A stretch of DNA of 61,004 nucleotides, filler included. It is 5 parts of 5 records of this genome, joined end to end, with 100 filler letters (N's around TTAATTAATTAA, not from the genome) between each part and the next. Parts side by side here need not be neighbours in the genome. Positions count along the whole stretch, not along the records: positions 1 to 11,273 come from DRR378314_254; 4 more parts are not named here. One strand, given 5' to 3'. The first letter of the stretch is position 1; every line of letters begins with the position of its first letter. Under the pieces are notes generated by a model. That model had not been told where the DNA came from. It searched no databases and was given only the letters and a program-made list of their open reading frames with translations. Below are positions 1-9,202 of this stretch, one piece after another. Made by a program: the position numbers and the translations under genes.

Positions 1-1
1 C

Positions 2-424
2 AAGGACATGCAGGAAGACAAGGAACAGGTCTTTGATGCCGCCGACAACTGGATGCTGGCTCTGGCGGCGATGCAGGGCATGGTCAAGGACATGAGCGCC
101 AACCGCGACAGCCTCGCCGCAGCGGCAGGGTCCGGCTTCTCCACCGCCACCGATCTGGCGGATTGGATGGTGCGGGTGCTCAAGGTGCCGTTCCGCGATG
201 CCCACCATGTGACCGGCGCGCTGGTGGCGATGGCCGAGTCGCGCGGCGTGGATCTGCCAGATCTCAGTCTTGAGGACATGAAAAGCGTGCATGACGGCAT
301 CACCGAGGATATCTTTACCGTGTTGGGTGTGGAGAATTCGGTGAATTCGCGCACGTCCTACGGGGGCACCGCGCCCATTGAAGTGCGCGCGCAGGTCGCC
401 CGCTGGAAAGAGATCCTGGGCTGA
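2..424 (+). CDS. argH: Argininosuccinate lyase, C-terminal part (5' truncated by window edge)
   Basis: [20 protein letters not shown] and [10 protein letters not shown] motifs; C-terminal GGTAP; upstream of lysA as in alphaproteobacteria. Confidence 0.95.
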   Translation, partial: KDMQEDKEQVFDAADNWMLALAAMQGMVKDMSANRDSLAAAAGSGFSTATDLADWMVRVLKVPFRDAHHVTGALVAMAESRGVDLPDLSLEDMKSVHDGITEDIFTVLGVENSVNSRTSYGGTAPIEVRAQVARWKEILG

Positions 425-446
425 GGCCCGCCTTTAGGAGACCCCT

Positions 447-623
447 ATGACCCGTGTTCTGATTGCTCTCGGTCTTGTTCTGTCGCTCACCGCCTGCGGT
501 GTGGACGGCGAACCCGTGCGCCCGAGCCTGAATGCGGGTCTCGGGATCTCCGGCAGCGGCGTCCATCTGGGCGGCGCGGTGGGGGTCAGCAAAGGCCCCG
601 TTTCTGTGAGTATCGGCCTATGA
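447..623 (+). CDS. Small lipoprotein, 58 aa (not in ORF track): MTRVLIALGLVLSLTA-CGVDGEPVRPSLNAGLGISGSGVHLGGAVGVSKGPVSVSIGL
   Basis: AGGAG Shine-Dalgarno at 436-440; ATG 447; hydrophobic signal with LTAC lipobox; TGA 621-623; translated by hand. Confidence 0.8.
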   Translation: MTRVLIALGLVLSLTACGVDGEPVRPSLNAGLGISGSGVHLGGAVGVSKGPVSVSIGL

Positions 624-766
624 TCCGCACTGCATTGATCCTGTGTCTGGCCGTTGTGGCGGGTTGCGACCACGCTGGCGCGCCCCTGAAAGAACGCTCA
701 GAGCCAACAGAGCCGGGCATTCATATCTCGGGCGAAGCCCGCGTGGGCGTTGTTCTGGGCGACTGA
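620..766 (+). CDS. Small lipoprotein, 48 aa (not in ORF track): MIRTALILCLAVVAG-CDHAGAPLKERSEPTEPGIHISGEARVGVVLGD
   Basis: ATGA start/stop overlap with the previous gene; VAGC lipobox; TGA 764-766; translated by hand. Confidence 0.75.
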   Translation: MIRTALILCLAVVAGCDHAGAPLKERSEPTEPGIHISGEARVGVVLGD

Positions 767-915
767 CATGGCCTGCCTCGCGTCCTGCCGGTAACGGTGA
801 ACCACCGCCACCCCTCTCGGTAAAGCAGCAGGTCCAGCCCGCAGCGGCTGCAAAGACTGTACCCGCACATTGGAATCATTTGCCCAAGGGTCTGTTTTTG
901 CCCTAAACGCGGGCC

Positions 916-2181
916 ATGGATCATTTTCTCTATCGCGATGGCGTTTTGCACGCCGAAGATGTCCCCGTAGCCGAGATTGCCGCTACGGTGGGCACGCCGT
1001 TCTACGTCTATTCCACCGCGACGTTGCTGCGCCATTTCCGCCTGTTCGATGAGGCATTGGAGGGCACCGACCATCTGGTTTGCTACGCGATGAAGGCGGC
1101 CTCCAATCAGGCCATCCTGAAGACGCTGGCCGAGGCGGGCGCGGGAATGGATGTGGTGAGCGAGGGCGAATACCGTCGCGCCAAAGCCGCAGGCGTTCCG
1201 GGCGACAAGATCGTCTTTTCCGGCGTTGGCAAGACGGCTGACGAAATCCGTTACGCGCTGAGCGGCGGCATCCGCCAGTTCAACGTCGAGAGCGAGCCGG
1301 AGATGGAGGTGATCAACGCCGTCGCTTTGGAGCTGGGCACGACCGCTCCGATCACCGTGCGGGTGAATCCGGATGTGGACGCCAAGACCCACGCCAAGAT
1401 TGCGACCGGCAAGTCCGAGAACAAATTCGGCATCCCCATTGCGCGCGCCCGCGAGGTCTACGCCCATGCCGCCAGCCTGCCAGGGCTTGAGGTCATCGGG
1501 ATCGACGTTCACATTGGCTCTCAGCTCACGGATCTCGACCCGTTCCGCCTTGCTTATCAAAAGGTTGCGGAGCTGACGCAGGCCTTGCGCGAGGATGGCC
1601 ACGACATCCGCCGTCTCGATCTTGGGGGCGGGCTGGGCATCCCCTACACGCGATCAAATGAAGCCCCGCCGCTGCCGGTCGAATACGGCCAGATGATCAA
1701 GGAAGAGCTGGGCCATCTGAACTGCGAGATCGAAATCGAGCCGGGCCGGTTGATTGCCGGCAATGCGGGTTTGATGGTGTCCAAGGTGATCTACGTGAAA
1801 CACGGCGAAGGTCGCGATTTCCTGATCCTCGACGGTGCGATGAATGACCTGATCCGCCCCGCGATGTACGAGGCCTACCACGATATCGTGCCCGTCACCG
1901 AAGCCACGCCCGGCGTTGAGCCGCAGCCCTATGATATCGTCGGTCCGGTCTGCGAAAGCGGCGACACCTTTGCCAAGGCGCGGCTTATGCCGCCACTGGA
2001 AGCGGGGGATATGGTCGCCTTTCGCAGTGCCGGGGCCTATGGCGCGGTGATGTCGAGCGAGTATAACTCCCGCCCGCTGATCCCCGAGGTTCTGGTGCAT
2101 GGCGATCAATTTGCAGTCATTCGGCAACGCCCGACCTTTGACGACATGATAAATCGCGATACCATCCCGGAGTGGCTCTGA
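916..2181 (+). CDS. lysA: Diaminopimelate decarboxylase
   Basis: YAMKA PLP-lysine, HIGSQ, LDLGGG, EPGR and GPVCESGD motifs; 421 aa. Confidence 0.97.
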   Translation: MDHFLYRDGVLHAEDVPVAEIAATVGTPFYVYSTATLLRHFRLFDEALEGTDHLVCYAMKAASNQAILKTLAEAGAGMDVVSEGEYRRAKAAGVPGDKIVFSGVGKTADEIRYALSGGIRQFNVESEPEMEVINAVALELGTTAPITVRVNPDVDAKTHAKIATGKSENKFGIPIARAREVYAHAASLPGLEVIGIDVHIGSQLTDLDPFRLAYQKVAELTQALREDGHDIRRLDLGGGLGIPYTRSNEAPPLPVEYGQMIKEELGHLNCEIEIEPGRLIAGNAGLMVSKVIYVKHGEGRDFLILDGAMNDLIRPAMYEAYHDIVPVTEATPGVEPQPYDIVGPVCESGDTFAKARLMPPLEAGDMVAFRSAGAYGAVMSSEYNSRPLIPEVLVHGDQFAVIRQRPTFDDMINRDTIPEWL

Positions 2182-2299
2182 CCGTCACGGCAGTCCCGAC
2201 CGCGCATGTGAAGCAACACATGCGGTCGGGCCTCCGGGGGCAGTGGCCACACGACAGGCGGCCCCGTCTTTGCCGGGCCGCGCGCGGAGGCAGAGCGGT

Positions 2300-4948
2300 A
2301 TGACCGAGCACATCCCCCCCGACACAGCTGTCGAGGAGCACCCGACCCACAGCACGGCGGCGCTGGCACCGCTGCGCCGTGCATTGGCGTTTACGCGTCT
2401 GGGTTTGGTGGCAGAGCGGATCTGGCGCGCCTTCTGGCCGCTGGCCACGATCCTGTTTCTGGCGCTTGGTCTGGTGCTGCTGGGGATACTCGACTGGATC
2501 CTGCTGGAGGCCGTCTGGACACTGGCTGTTCTGGTGGCAACAGGCGCCGTCGCTGCGCTCATCTGGGGAGCATGGCGTTTTCGCTGGCCGACTCGGCACG
2601 AGGCGCTGTTGCGACTGGACGAGACCCTTCCGGGCCGCCCGATTGCAGCGATTCTGGACACCCAGGCCTCCGGTGCGCGGGATCCCGCCTCCATTGCGCT
2701 GTGGCGCGCCCATCAGGATCGAATGGCAGCCCGCGCCGCGCAGGCCGAGGCGCCGGCGCCCAACCTGCGCATCGCGGATCGTGACCCCTATGCCCTGCGC
2801 TACGTGGCGCTTCTGGTGCTGGTGACCGGGGCGCTGTTCGGCACTGCGTGGCGCACCGGGTCGGTCGCGGATCTGATGCCGGGCAGCGGCACCGCAGGCC
2901 TCTCGGGGCCGACGTGGGAAGGCTGGGTGGAGCCGCCGCGCTATACCGGTCTGCCAACGCTCTACCTTGGTGACATGACGGACCCGTCGCTGCGCATTCC
3001 CGACAACAGCCAGATAACCCTGCGGTTTTATGGCGAGGTCGGTGATCTGACCCTGGCCGAGACCATCTCCGGCCGCACTGGAGAGCTGCCTTCTGCCTCC
3101 GAACCCGAGCAGAGCTTTGTGGTGACGCAGGCGGGCAACCTGACCATCGACGGCCCCGGCGGGCGCGATTGGCAGATCGAGGTGATCGAGGATGAAGCCC
3201 CGCGCGTGTCCATCGCCGGGGAGCCGGACCTCTCCGCAGACGGCACCCTGACGCTGCCATTCAGCGCCTCTGATGATTACGGCGTGGTGGGGGGCAGTAT
3301 CGTGATCACCCTTGATGAGGACGCGTTGGACCGCCGCCACGGCTTGGCCACCACGCCCGACCCCCGTGCGCCTGTCGAGCTGGCCTTGCCCCTGTCCCTG
3401 ACAGGGGACCGCCGTCTGTTCAGCGAGGCGCTGGTCGAGGAGTTTTCGGCGCACCCTTGGGCGAATATGCCGGTAACCTACAGCTTCAGATCCGAGGATG
3501 CGGCCGCGCAGCAGAGCACGCCTGCAACCCTGTCCGCGCCGCTGACTGCCCGGCGTTTCTTTGACCCCATGGCGGCGGCCCTGATCGAACAGCGCCGCGA
3601 TCTTCTCTGGGCGCGCGCCAATGGCCCACGTGTGGCGCAGATCCTGCGCACACTCACGCATCGGCCCGAGGACGTCTTTCACGACATGGGCAACTATCTG
3701 CAACTGCGCACCATTCTGAAGCGGCTGGAAGGTTATACCACCGAGGCAGAGCTGAGCGTCGCGCATCAGGACGAGATTGCAGCGGCCCTCTGGGCTCTGG
3801 CGAACCAGCTTGAGGACGGCGATGTCGGCGACGCGCTGGCGCGCATGCAGCAGGCGCAGGAACGCCTGAGCCAGGCAATGCGCGATGGCGCCAGTGACGA
3901 GGAAATCGCGCGCCTCATGCAGGAGCTGCGCGAGGCAACGCAGGATTACATGCGCCAATTGTCGCGTCAGGCCCAGTCCGAGGCCGAAGGGCAGGACGGG
4001 CGCGAGAGCCGGGACAACGCCATTCAGCTCAGCCAGTCGGATCTGCAGGCGATGATGGACCGCATTCAGGACCTCATGGAGCAGGGCCGCATGGCGGAGG
4101 CAGAGCAGGCGCTGCGCGAGTTCCAGCAGATGATGGAGAATATGCAGGTCACGCAGGGCGAGGCCGGAGAGGGCAGCAATCCCGGGCAGGAGGCGATGGA
4201 AGGGCTCGCGGATACATTGCGCGAACAGCAGGGCCTCTCCGACCAGGCATTCCGCGACCTGCAGGAACAGTTCAATCCCAATGCGCAACGTGGCCAGAGC
4301 CAGGGCAACGAAGGGCGCAATGGCGGCCTTGGTCGCGGCGACAGCCATGAGGGCGGCGGCGAAGGGGGCGAGGGCAGCGATGGCCAGTCACCCGGCCAGC
4401 AGCAGGGGCAACAGCAGGGCGAAGGCGGACAGGGATCCGCCGGTGGCAACAGCCCCGAGGATCTGGCGCAGCGACAACAGACCCTGCGCAACGAACTGCA
4501 ACGCCAACGTGACGGCCTGCCCCTGGGCGGTGCCGAGGGCGAGGCCGCGCGCGACAGCCTGGATCAGGCCGGTCGGGCCATGGAGGGCGCCGAGGAGGCC
4601 CTGCGCGGAGGCGATTACGCCGAAGCCATCGACCGCCAGTCCGAGGCCATGGAGGCCATGCGCGACGGTATGCGGGCATTGGGCGAGGCCATGGCAGAGC
4701 AACAGCAGCAGGGCCAGCAACCCGGCACTCAGCAAGGGCAGGGCAATCGACAGGGCAACGCGCTCGACCCTCTGGGCCGGGATCGTGGGGGGCAGGGCGG
4801 TGATACCTTGCGCTCGGATACCATCGGCAACGGGCAGGCCTATCGCCGCGCTTGGGATCTGCTGGAGGAAATCCGCCGCCGCGCCGGCGAACGTGAGCGC
4901 AGCGAAGGCGAACGCAACTACCTGCAGCGGCTGCTCGACAAGTTTTGA
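2300..4948 (+). CDS. TIGR02302/DUF4175 family membrane-anchored coiled-coil protein
   Basis: N-terminal TM helices, W-x-x-PP-x-YTG, DDYG, HPWA, Gln/Gly-rich tail, DPLGR and C-terminal YLQRLL; GGAGG at 2286-2290 favours ATG 2300; sits after lysA. Confidence 0.85.
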   Translation: MTEHIPPDTAVEEHPTHSTAALAPLRRALAFTRLGLVAERIWRAFWPLATILFLALGLVLLGILDWILLEAVWTLAVLVATGAVAALIWGAWRFRWPTRHEALLRLDETLPGRPIAAILDTQASGARDPASIALWRAHQDRMAARAAQAEAPAPNLRIADRDPYALRYVALLVLVTGALFGTAWRTGSVADLMPGSGTAGLSGPTWEGWVEPPRYTGLPTLYLGDMTDPSLRIPDNSQITLRFYGEVGDLTLAETISGRTGELPSASEPEQSFVVTQAGNLTIDGPGGRDWQIEVIEDEAPRVSIAGEPDLSADGTLTLPFSASDDYGVVGGSIVITLDEDALDRRHGLATTPDPRAPVELALPLSLTGDRRLFSEALVEEFSAHPWANMPVTYSFRSEDAAAQQSTPATLSAPLTARRFFDPMAAALIEQRRDLLWARANGPRVAQILRTLTHRPEDVFHDMGNYLQLRTILKRLEGYTTEAELSVAHQDEIAAALWALANQLEDGDVGDALARMQQAQERLSQAMRDGASDEEIARLMQELREATQDYMRQLSRQAQSEAEGQDGRESRDNAIQLSQSDLQAMMDRIQDLMEQGRMAEAEQALREFQQMMENMQVTQGEAGEGSNPGQEAMEGLADTLREQQGLSDQAFRDLQEQFNPNAQRGQSQGNEGRNGGLGRGDSHEGGGEGGEGSDGQSPGQQQGQQQGEGGQGSAGGNSPEDLAQRQQTLRNELQRQRDGLPLGGAEGEAARDSLDQAGRAMEGAEEALRGGDYAEAIDRQSEAMEAMRDGMRALGEAMAEQQQQGQQPGTQQGQGNRQGNALDPLGRDRGGQGGDTLRSDTIGNGQAYRRAWDLLEEIRRRAGERERSEGERNYLQRLLDKF

Positions 4949-4963
4949 TGCAGAGATGCCGAC

Positions 4964-5003
4964 GCAAAAGCCGCGCAGCCCGGAAGGGGATGCGCGGCTT
5001 TGC
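4964..5003. terminator. Bidirectional terminator-like hairpin between convergent genes
   Basis: AAAGCCGCGCA (4967-4977) pairs with TGCGCGGCTTT (4991-5001). Confidence 0.65.
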
Positions 5004-5020
5004 TCTGTCGTATCGGCCGT

Positions 5021-6088
5021 TTATTCTGCGGCCAGCGCCTTGGCTTGCGTATCCAGCCACAGCCGCCACTGATCCACCCAGGCCACGTAGCCGCTGATAT
5101 AGGGATCGGCCTGCGGCAGCCGTTCGGCAATGAGCGGCGCATTTGTGTAGACGAGGATCGCCGCCACCATCAGCAGAATCACCAGCAGGAACCCCCGCGA
5201 AAACCCGCTCTTGCGCGGGGCGGGGCGCTCCGCGTCCACGGGCGGTGGCGCAGCTTTCGCCTCTCCGGGGCCGCTGGTGTTGATCTCTTCGATATCTGGC
5301 AACAGGCCACGGCGGGATGTGACTTCCGGCGCTGGACGGTCGGGCGGCGCGGGGCGGTCCGGCGGCGGTGACGGTTGTCCCTGCATCCGCGCCACGCGAT
5401 CCTGTGCTTCACGGGTCCGCCGGGCGGTTTCATCTTCGGCCGGGGTCTCAAGACCCAGCTCCGTCTGGGTTTCAAGCCCCTCTCCACCAGACCGCAGGGT
5501 CTCCTCGCGCATCGCCTCTTCGCGCAACACGCGCGAAACTTCCGGATCGAGCCGGCGCCGTGGCGCCGCCTCTGCGGTTGCCGGAGGCGGGACCGCCATA
5601 TGAGACGGCGCCTCTGCCGCGTCCTCCTCTTCGTCGTCGTCATCCGAACCGTCAGCCGCGGCATTGGCGGGGTTGTCCGCAACCACGGAGGGCTCCTCCT
5701 GCGGCGCCTCGGAGGGCGCAGTCTGCACCTCCGGCTCTGGCGTGGGCGGCCAGGGGTCTTCTGGTTCCGGCTCGGGCACCTCCTGCGGGGTGGGGGTTGG
5801 CTGTGGCTCAGGCTGTGGTTCAGGGATTGGCTGCGGTTCCGGGGCGGGCTGCGGCTCTGGCTCGGCTGGCGGAACCGGGTCCGGTTCACGTTCTGGCGCG
5901 GGAGAGGGCGCGGCCGGCACCGGTGCGCTGTCCTCTTCCGGGGTCGCCTCCGCCTGTGCCTGCATCTGAGCGGAGGGTTGGAACCAGGTATCGCCGCAAT
6001 TGGAGCATTGCACATCGCGCCCGTCGTCCGGGATCACGTCCTCGGGCACCTCATACTGTGCGCCGCAATTGGGGCAAATGAGTCTCAT
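5021..6088 (-). CDS. MJ0042-type zinc-ribbon protein (ZitP-like) with Pro/Glu-rich linker and C-terminal TM helix
   Basis: MRLICPNCGAQY...VQCSNCGDTW; GGAG upstream of ATG 6088; divergent from ftsE. Confidence 0.85.
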   Translation of the reverse strand: MRLICPNCGAQYEVPEDVIPDDGRDVQCSNCGDTWFQPSAQMQAQAEATPEEDSAPVPAAPSPAPEREPDPVPPAEPEPQPAPEPQPIPEPQPEPQPTPTPQEVPEPEPEDPWPPTPEPEVQTAPSEAPQEEPSVVADNPANAAADGSDDDDEEEDAAEAPSHMAVPPPATAEAAPRRRLDPEVSRVLREEAMREETLRSGGEGLETQTELGLETPAEDETARRTREAQDRVARMQGQPSPPPDRPAPPDRPAPEVTSRRGLLPDIEEINTSGPGEAKAAPPPVDAERPAPRKSGFSRGFLLVILLMVAAILVYTNAPLIAERLPQADPYISGYVAWVDQWRLWLDTQAKALAAE

Positions 6089-6301
6089 CCGGTCTCCTTG
6101 GTGGGCCTTCTGACCGCGAAAAAGTGAATTCACCCGTAATCATAGTAACTTCCTGAAAGGCAAGAAAGAGCCAATCCCCCCGCAGATGGCAGTTTGAGCC
6201 CATCTGAGCGACCTGCGCACCATTGAAACTGCCGCAATGCTCGTGCAAAACATCGCGATGGAACGCGGGACGACCGCAATACACCGGGCTGGGATGCAAT
6301 C

Positions 6302-6979
6302 GTGATCGAACTCGAAGATGTGGGCTATAACTATGGCGGGGGAGAGCTGTTCAGCAACCTCTCGGTACAGCTGGCGCCCGGCTCGTTCCACTTTCTGACC
6401 GGCCCCTCCGGCGCGGGCAAGACCACGTTGCTGAAGCTCTGCTACGGCTCCCTGACCCCCACCGCGGGCCGGGTGCGCGCCTTCAACATGGACGTGAAGG
6501 GGCTGGACCGCGACCAGATGGCCTACCTGCGCCGGCGTGTCGGCGTGGTGCATCAGGACTGCCGCTTTCTCGACCACCTGCCGGTGGTGGAAAACATCGC
6601 CCTGCCGCTGACGGTCTCGGGACGCGGGCTGACCGAAGAGCAGGCCAACCTGAAAGAACTGATGAACTGGGTCGGCCTCTCCGAACGGATGGACGCGCTG
6701 CCGCCGGAACTCTCCGGCGGCGAGCGTCAGCGTGCGGCGCTGGCCCGCGCGGTGATCCTCAGCCCCGATGTGATCATTGCCGATGAACCCACCGGCAACG
6801 TCGACTGGGAAATGTCGCAGCGCCTGCTGCGGCTGCTGGTCGAGCTCAACCATATGGGCAAGACGATCCTTGTGGCGACCCATGACCTGCCGCTCATTCG
6901 CGCCGCCAAGAACCAGGTGCAGGCGCGGGTGCTGCGATTGACGAACCGACAGATCGTCTCGGCGGGAGCGGACCTATGA
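6302..6979 (+). CDS. ftsE: Cell division ABC ATPase FtsE
   Basis: Walker A GPSGAGKT, LSGGE, ADEPTGN; LRRRVGVVHQD; ATGA overlap with the permease. Confidence 0.93.
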   Translation: MIELEDVGYNYGGGELFSNLSVQLAPGSFHFLTGPSGAGKTTLLKLCYGSLTPTAGRVRAFNMDVKGLDRDQMAYLRRRVGVVHQDCRFLDHLPVVENIALPLTVSGRGLTEEQANLKELMNWVGLSERMDALPPELSGGERQRAALARAVILSPDVIIADEPTGNVDWEMSQRLLRLLVELNHMGKTILVATHDLPLIRAAKNQVQARVLRLTNRQIVSAGADL

Positions 6980-7869
6980 ACGCGCTGCGGGCCCTTATCA
7001 TCGGCGATGCGCAGGCGGACCGTGTGGTGCCGCCTTCGGGCTTTACCGCGCAGCTGACGCTGTTTGTCTCCGGCGCCATGGCGTTTCTCTGTGTTTTTGC
7101 GCTGGCCCTGTCGCTGGCCTCTGGCCGGGTGGCCACGCGCTGGTCGGACGAGCTGGCCCGCGCCGCGACCCTGCGCATCAATGCCCCCGCTGAACAGCGC
7201 GTCGCCCAGACCGAGGCGGCACTGCAGATCCTGCGCCAGACGCCGGGCGTGGCCAAGGCCCGCGCCCTGACAACGGACGAACAGGCCGCGCTGCTGGCGC
7301 CCTGGTTCGGGGCGGGGATCCCGCTTGATACCCTGCCGGTGCCGCAGCTGATCGAGGTGACAGAAGACGACCCCGGCTATGATGCCCAAGGGCTGCGCCT
7401 GCGCCTGCAGGCCGAGGTGCCCGGCGCGGTGCTGGATGACCATGCCCGCTGGCGGCGCCCTCTGGTGGAGGCCGCGATTGCCCTGCGCCGTCTGGGCGTG
7501 GTGTCGATCTTGCTCATCGGGGGGGCCATGGGCGCGATGATCACGCTGGCCGCCAATGCCGCCCTGGCCGCCAATGCGCAGGTCATTGAGGTGCTGCGGC
7601 TGGTGGGCGCACAGGACAGATATATTGCCCAGGCCTTCGTGCGCCGCTTCACCCTGCGCGCCCTGACCGGGGCCGCCGCGGGGGTGGCTCTTGGCATGAT
7701 CGGGGTATTCCTGATGCCCGAAGCCTCGGAGGAGGGCGGTTTCCTCACCGGGCTGGGCTTTCAGAGTTGGCGCTGGCTGCTGCCGCTCATCATTCCGCCT
7801 GTCGCGGCGACAGTGGCCTTTGTCGCCACCACCCGCGCGGCCCGCAAACGTCTCGGAGAACTCGCGTGA
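6976..7869 (+). CDS. ftsX: Cell division permease FtsX
   Basis: 1+3 TM layout, IEVLRLVGA motif, directly after ftsE. Confidence 0.9.
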   Translation: MNALRALIIGDAQADRVVPPSGFTAQLTLFVSGAMAFLCVFALALSLASGRVATRWSDELARAATLRINAPAEQRVAQTEAALQILRQTPGVAKARALTTDEQAALLAPWFGAGIPLDTLPVPQLIEVTEDDPGYDAQGLRLRLQAEVPGAVLDDHARWRRPLVEAAIALRRLGVVSILLIGGAMGAMITLAANAALAANAQVIEVLRLVGAQDRYIAQAFVRRFTLRALTGAAAGVALGMIGVFLMPEASEEGGFLTGLGFQSWRWLLPLIIPPVAATVAFVATTRAARKRLGELA

Positions 7870-8615
7870 CCCTTGGTTTTCAATATCTGCGCTCGCTGCT
7901 CTACATCTTTCAGATCTATGTGGCGATGCTGGTGCTGGGCATCGTCTTTGCGCCTTATGCGCTGCTGTCAAAGAACGGCGCGCGCCAAGCCTGCAAGACC
8001 TACGCCCGCTGGGCGATCTGGTCGGCGCGCTGGATGGTTGGCATCCGCTCCGAGGTGCGCGGGACCGTGCCCACGGGTGAGGTCATCATCGCCGCCAAGC
8101 ATCAGAGCTTTCTCGATATCCTGATCATCTTCAACGCGTTGCCGCAGGCCAAGTTCATCATGAAACGAGAGCTGATGTGGACGCCGATCATCGGCGTCTA
8201 TGCCAAGCGTCTCGGCTGCATCCCCGTCAATCGCGGCAAGCGCGGCGCGGCGATCGCCCAGATGGTGCAGGATGTGGCCCGGGAATTTTCCGAGCCTGGC
8301 CAGCTGGTGATCTACCCGCAGGGCACCCGCGTCGCGCCGGGCGCGCAGAAGTCCTACAAGGTCGGCAGCGGCGTGCTCTACGAGGCGCTGAAACAGCCCT
8401 GCGTGCCGGTGGCCACCAATGTGGGCCTGCTGTGGCCCCGCAGCGGCGTGCTGCGCAAACCGGGCTTGGGCACGGTGGAGTTTCTCGACCCGATCCCGCC
8501 GGGAGAGCCGCGGGATACTTTCATGACCGAGCTGGAAACACGCATTGAAGCCCGGTCAGATGCATTAATGGCAGAACTGGGATTTGACACAGATGAACTT
8601 CGTCGCATCGATTGA
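7866..8615 (+). CDS. plsC: 1-acyl-sn-glycerol-3-phosphate acyltransferase (PlsC family)
   Basis: KHQSFLD (HX4D) and IYPQGTR motifs; GTGA overlap with ftsX. Confidence 0.85.
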   Translation: MTLGFQYLRSLLYIFQIYVAMLVLGIVFAPYALLSKNGARQACKTYARWAIWSARWMVGIRSEVRGTVPTGEVIIAAKHQSFLDILIIFNALPQAKFIMKRELMWTPIIGVYAKRLGCIPVNRGKRGAAIAQMVQDVAREFSEPGQLVIYPQGTRVAPGAQKSYKVGSGVLYEALKQPCVPVATNVGLLWPRSGVLRKPGLGTVEFLDPIPPGEPRDTFMTELETRIEARSDALMAELGFDTDELRRID

Positions 8616-9198
8616 GGACCTTGAGGCGCTCTACGGGACACCGGGAGCGCCTTCTTTACGTAAAGTGGCGCGGCAGATGACGCCGCTCTATCGCAAATGG
8701 ATCATGGCGTCTCGCCTGTGCATGCTGGCCACGGTCGGCCCCGAGGGCACCGACGACAGCCCGCGCGGTGATGACGGCCCGGTGGTGCTGGAGCTCGACC
8801 CCGGCACGCTGGCGCTGCCGGATTGGTACGGCAACAACCGCATCGATTCCTTGCGCAATATCCTGCGCGACGGGCGGGTGTCCCTGATGTTTCTGGTGCC
8901 CGGTTCAAACAATGTGGTGCGGGTGAATGGCACTGCCAAAGTGACCGCCGACCCCGACATGCTGCAGCGGTTTGAGAAGGCGGGTAAGCTGCCGCGCACG
9001 GTCATCGTGATCTCGATCCGGGAAATCTACAGCCAATGCGCCCGTGCCCTGATGCGATCGCGGATCTGGACCTCTGGTGATGAAAGCGACGGCCTGCCCT
9101 CGATGGGGGACATCCTCGCCGAGCAGACGGCTGGCGAAGAAGGTGGTCACGCCTATGATGAGGAATGGGCGCCACGTGCGGCAAAGACCATGTGGTGA
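8593..9198 (+). CDS. Pyridoxamine 5'-phosphate oxidase-like FMN-binding protein
   Basis: SPRGD, LPDWYGNNRIDSLRNI, LMFLVPG and QCARALMRS motifs. Confidence 0.85.
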   Translation: MNFVASIEDLEALYGTPGAPSLRKVARQMTPLYRKWIMASRLCMLATVGPEGTDDSPRGDDGPVVLELDPGTLALPDWYGNNRIDSLRNILRDGRVSLMFLVPGSNNVVRVNGTAKVTADPDMLQRFEKAGKLPRTVIVISIREIYSQCARALMRSRIWTSGDESDGLPSMGDILAEQTAGEEGGHAYDEEWAPRAAKTMW

Positions 9199-9202
9199 GA
9201 GA

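Noticed and set aside
2117-4348. 743-aa minus-strand ORF and similar long shadow ORFs (721-1602, 6727-7971, 52784-54499, 55232-56713, 59098-60363)
   Set aside because: They lie antisense to well-supported genes in high-GC DNA and show no recognisable motifs.
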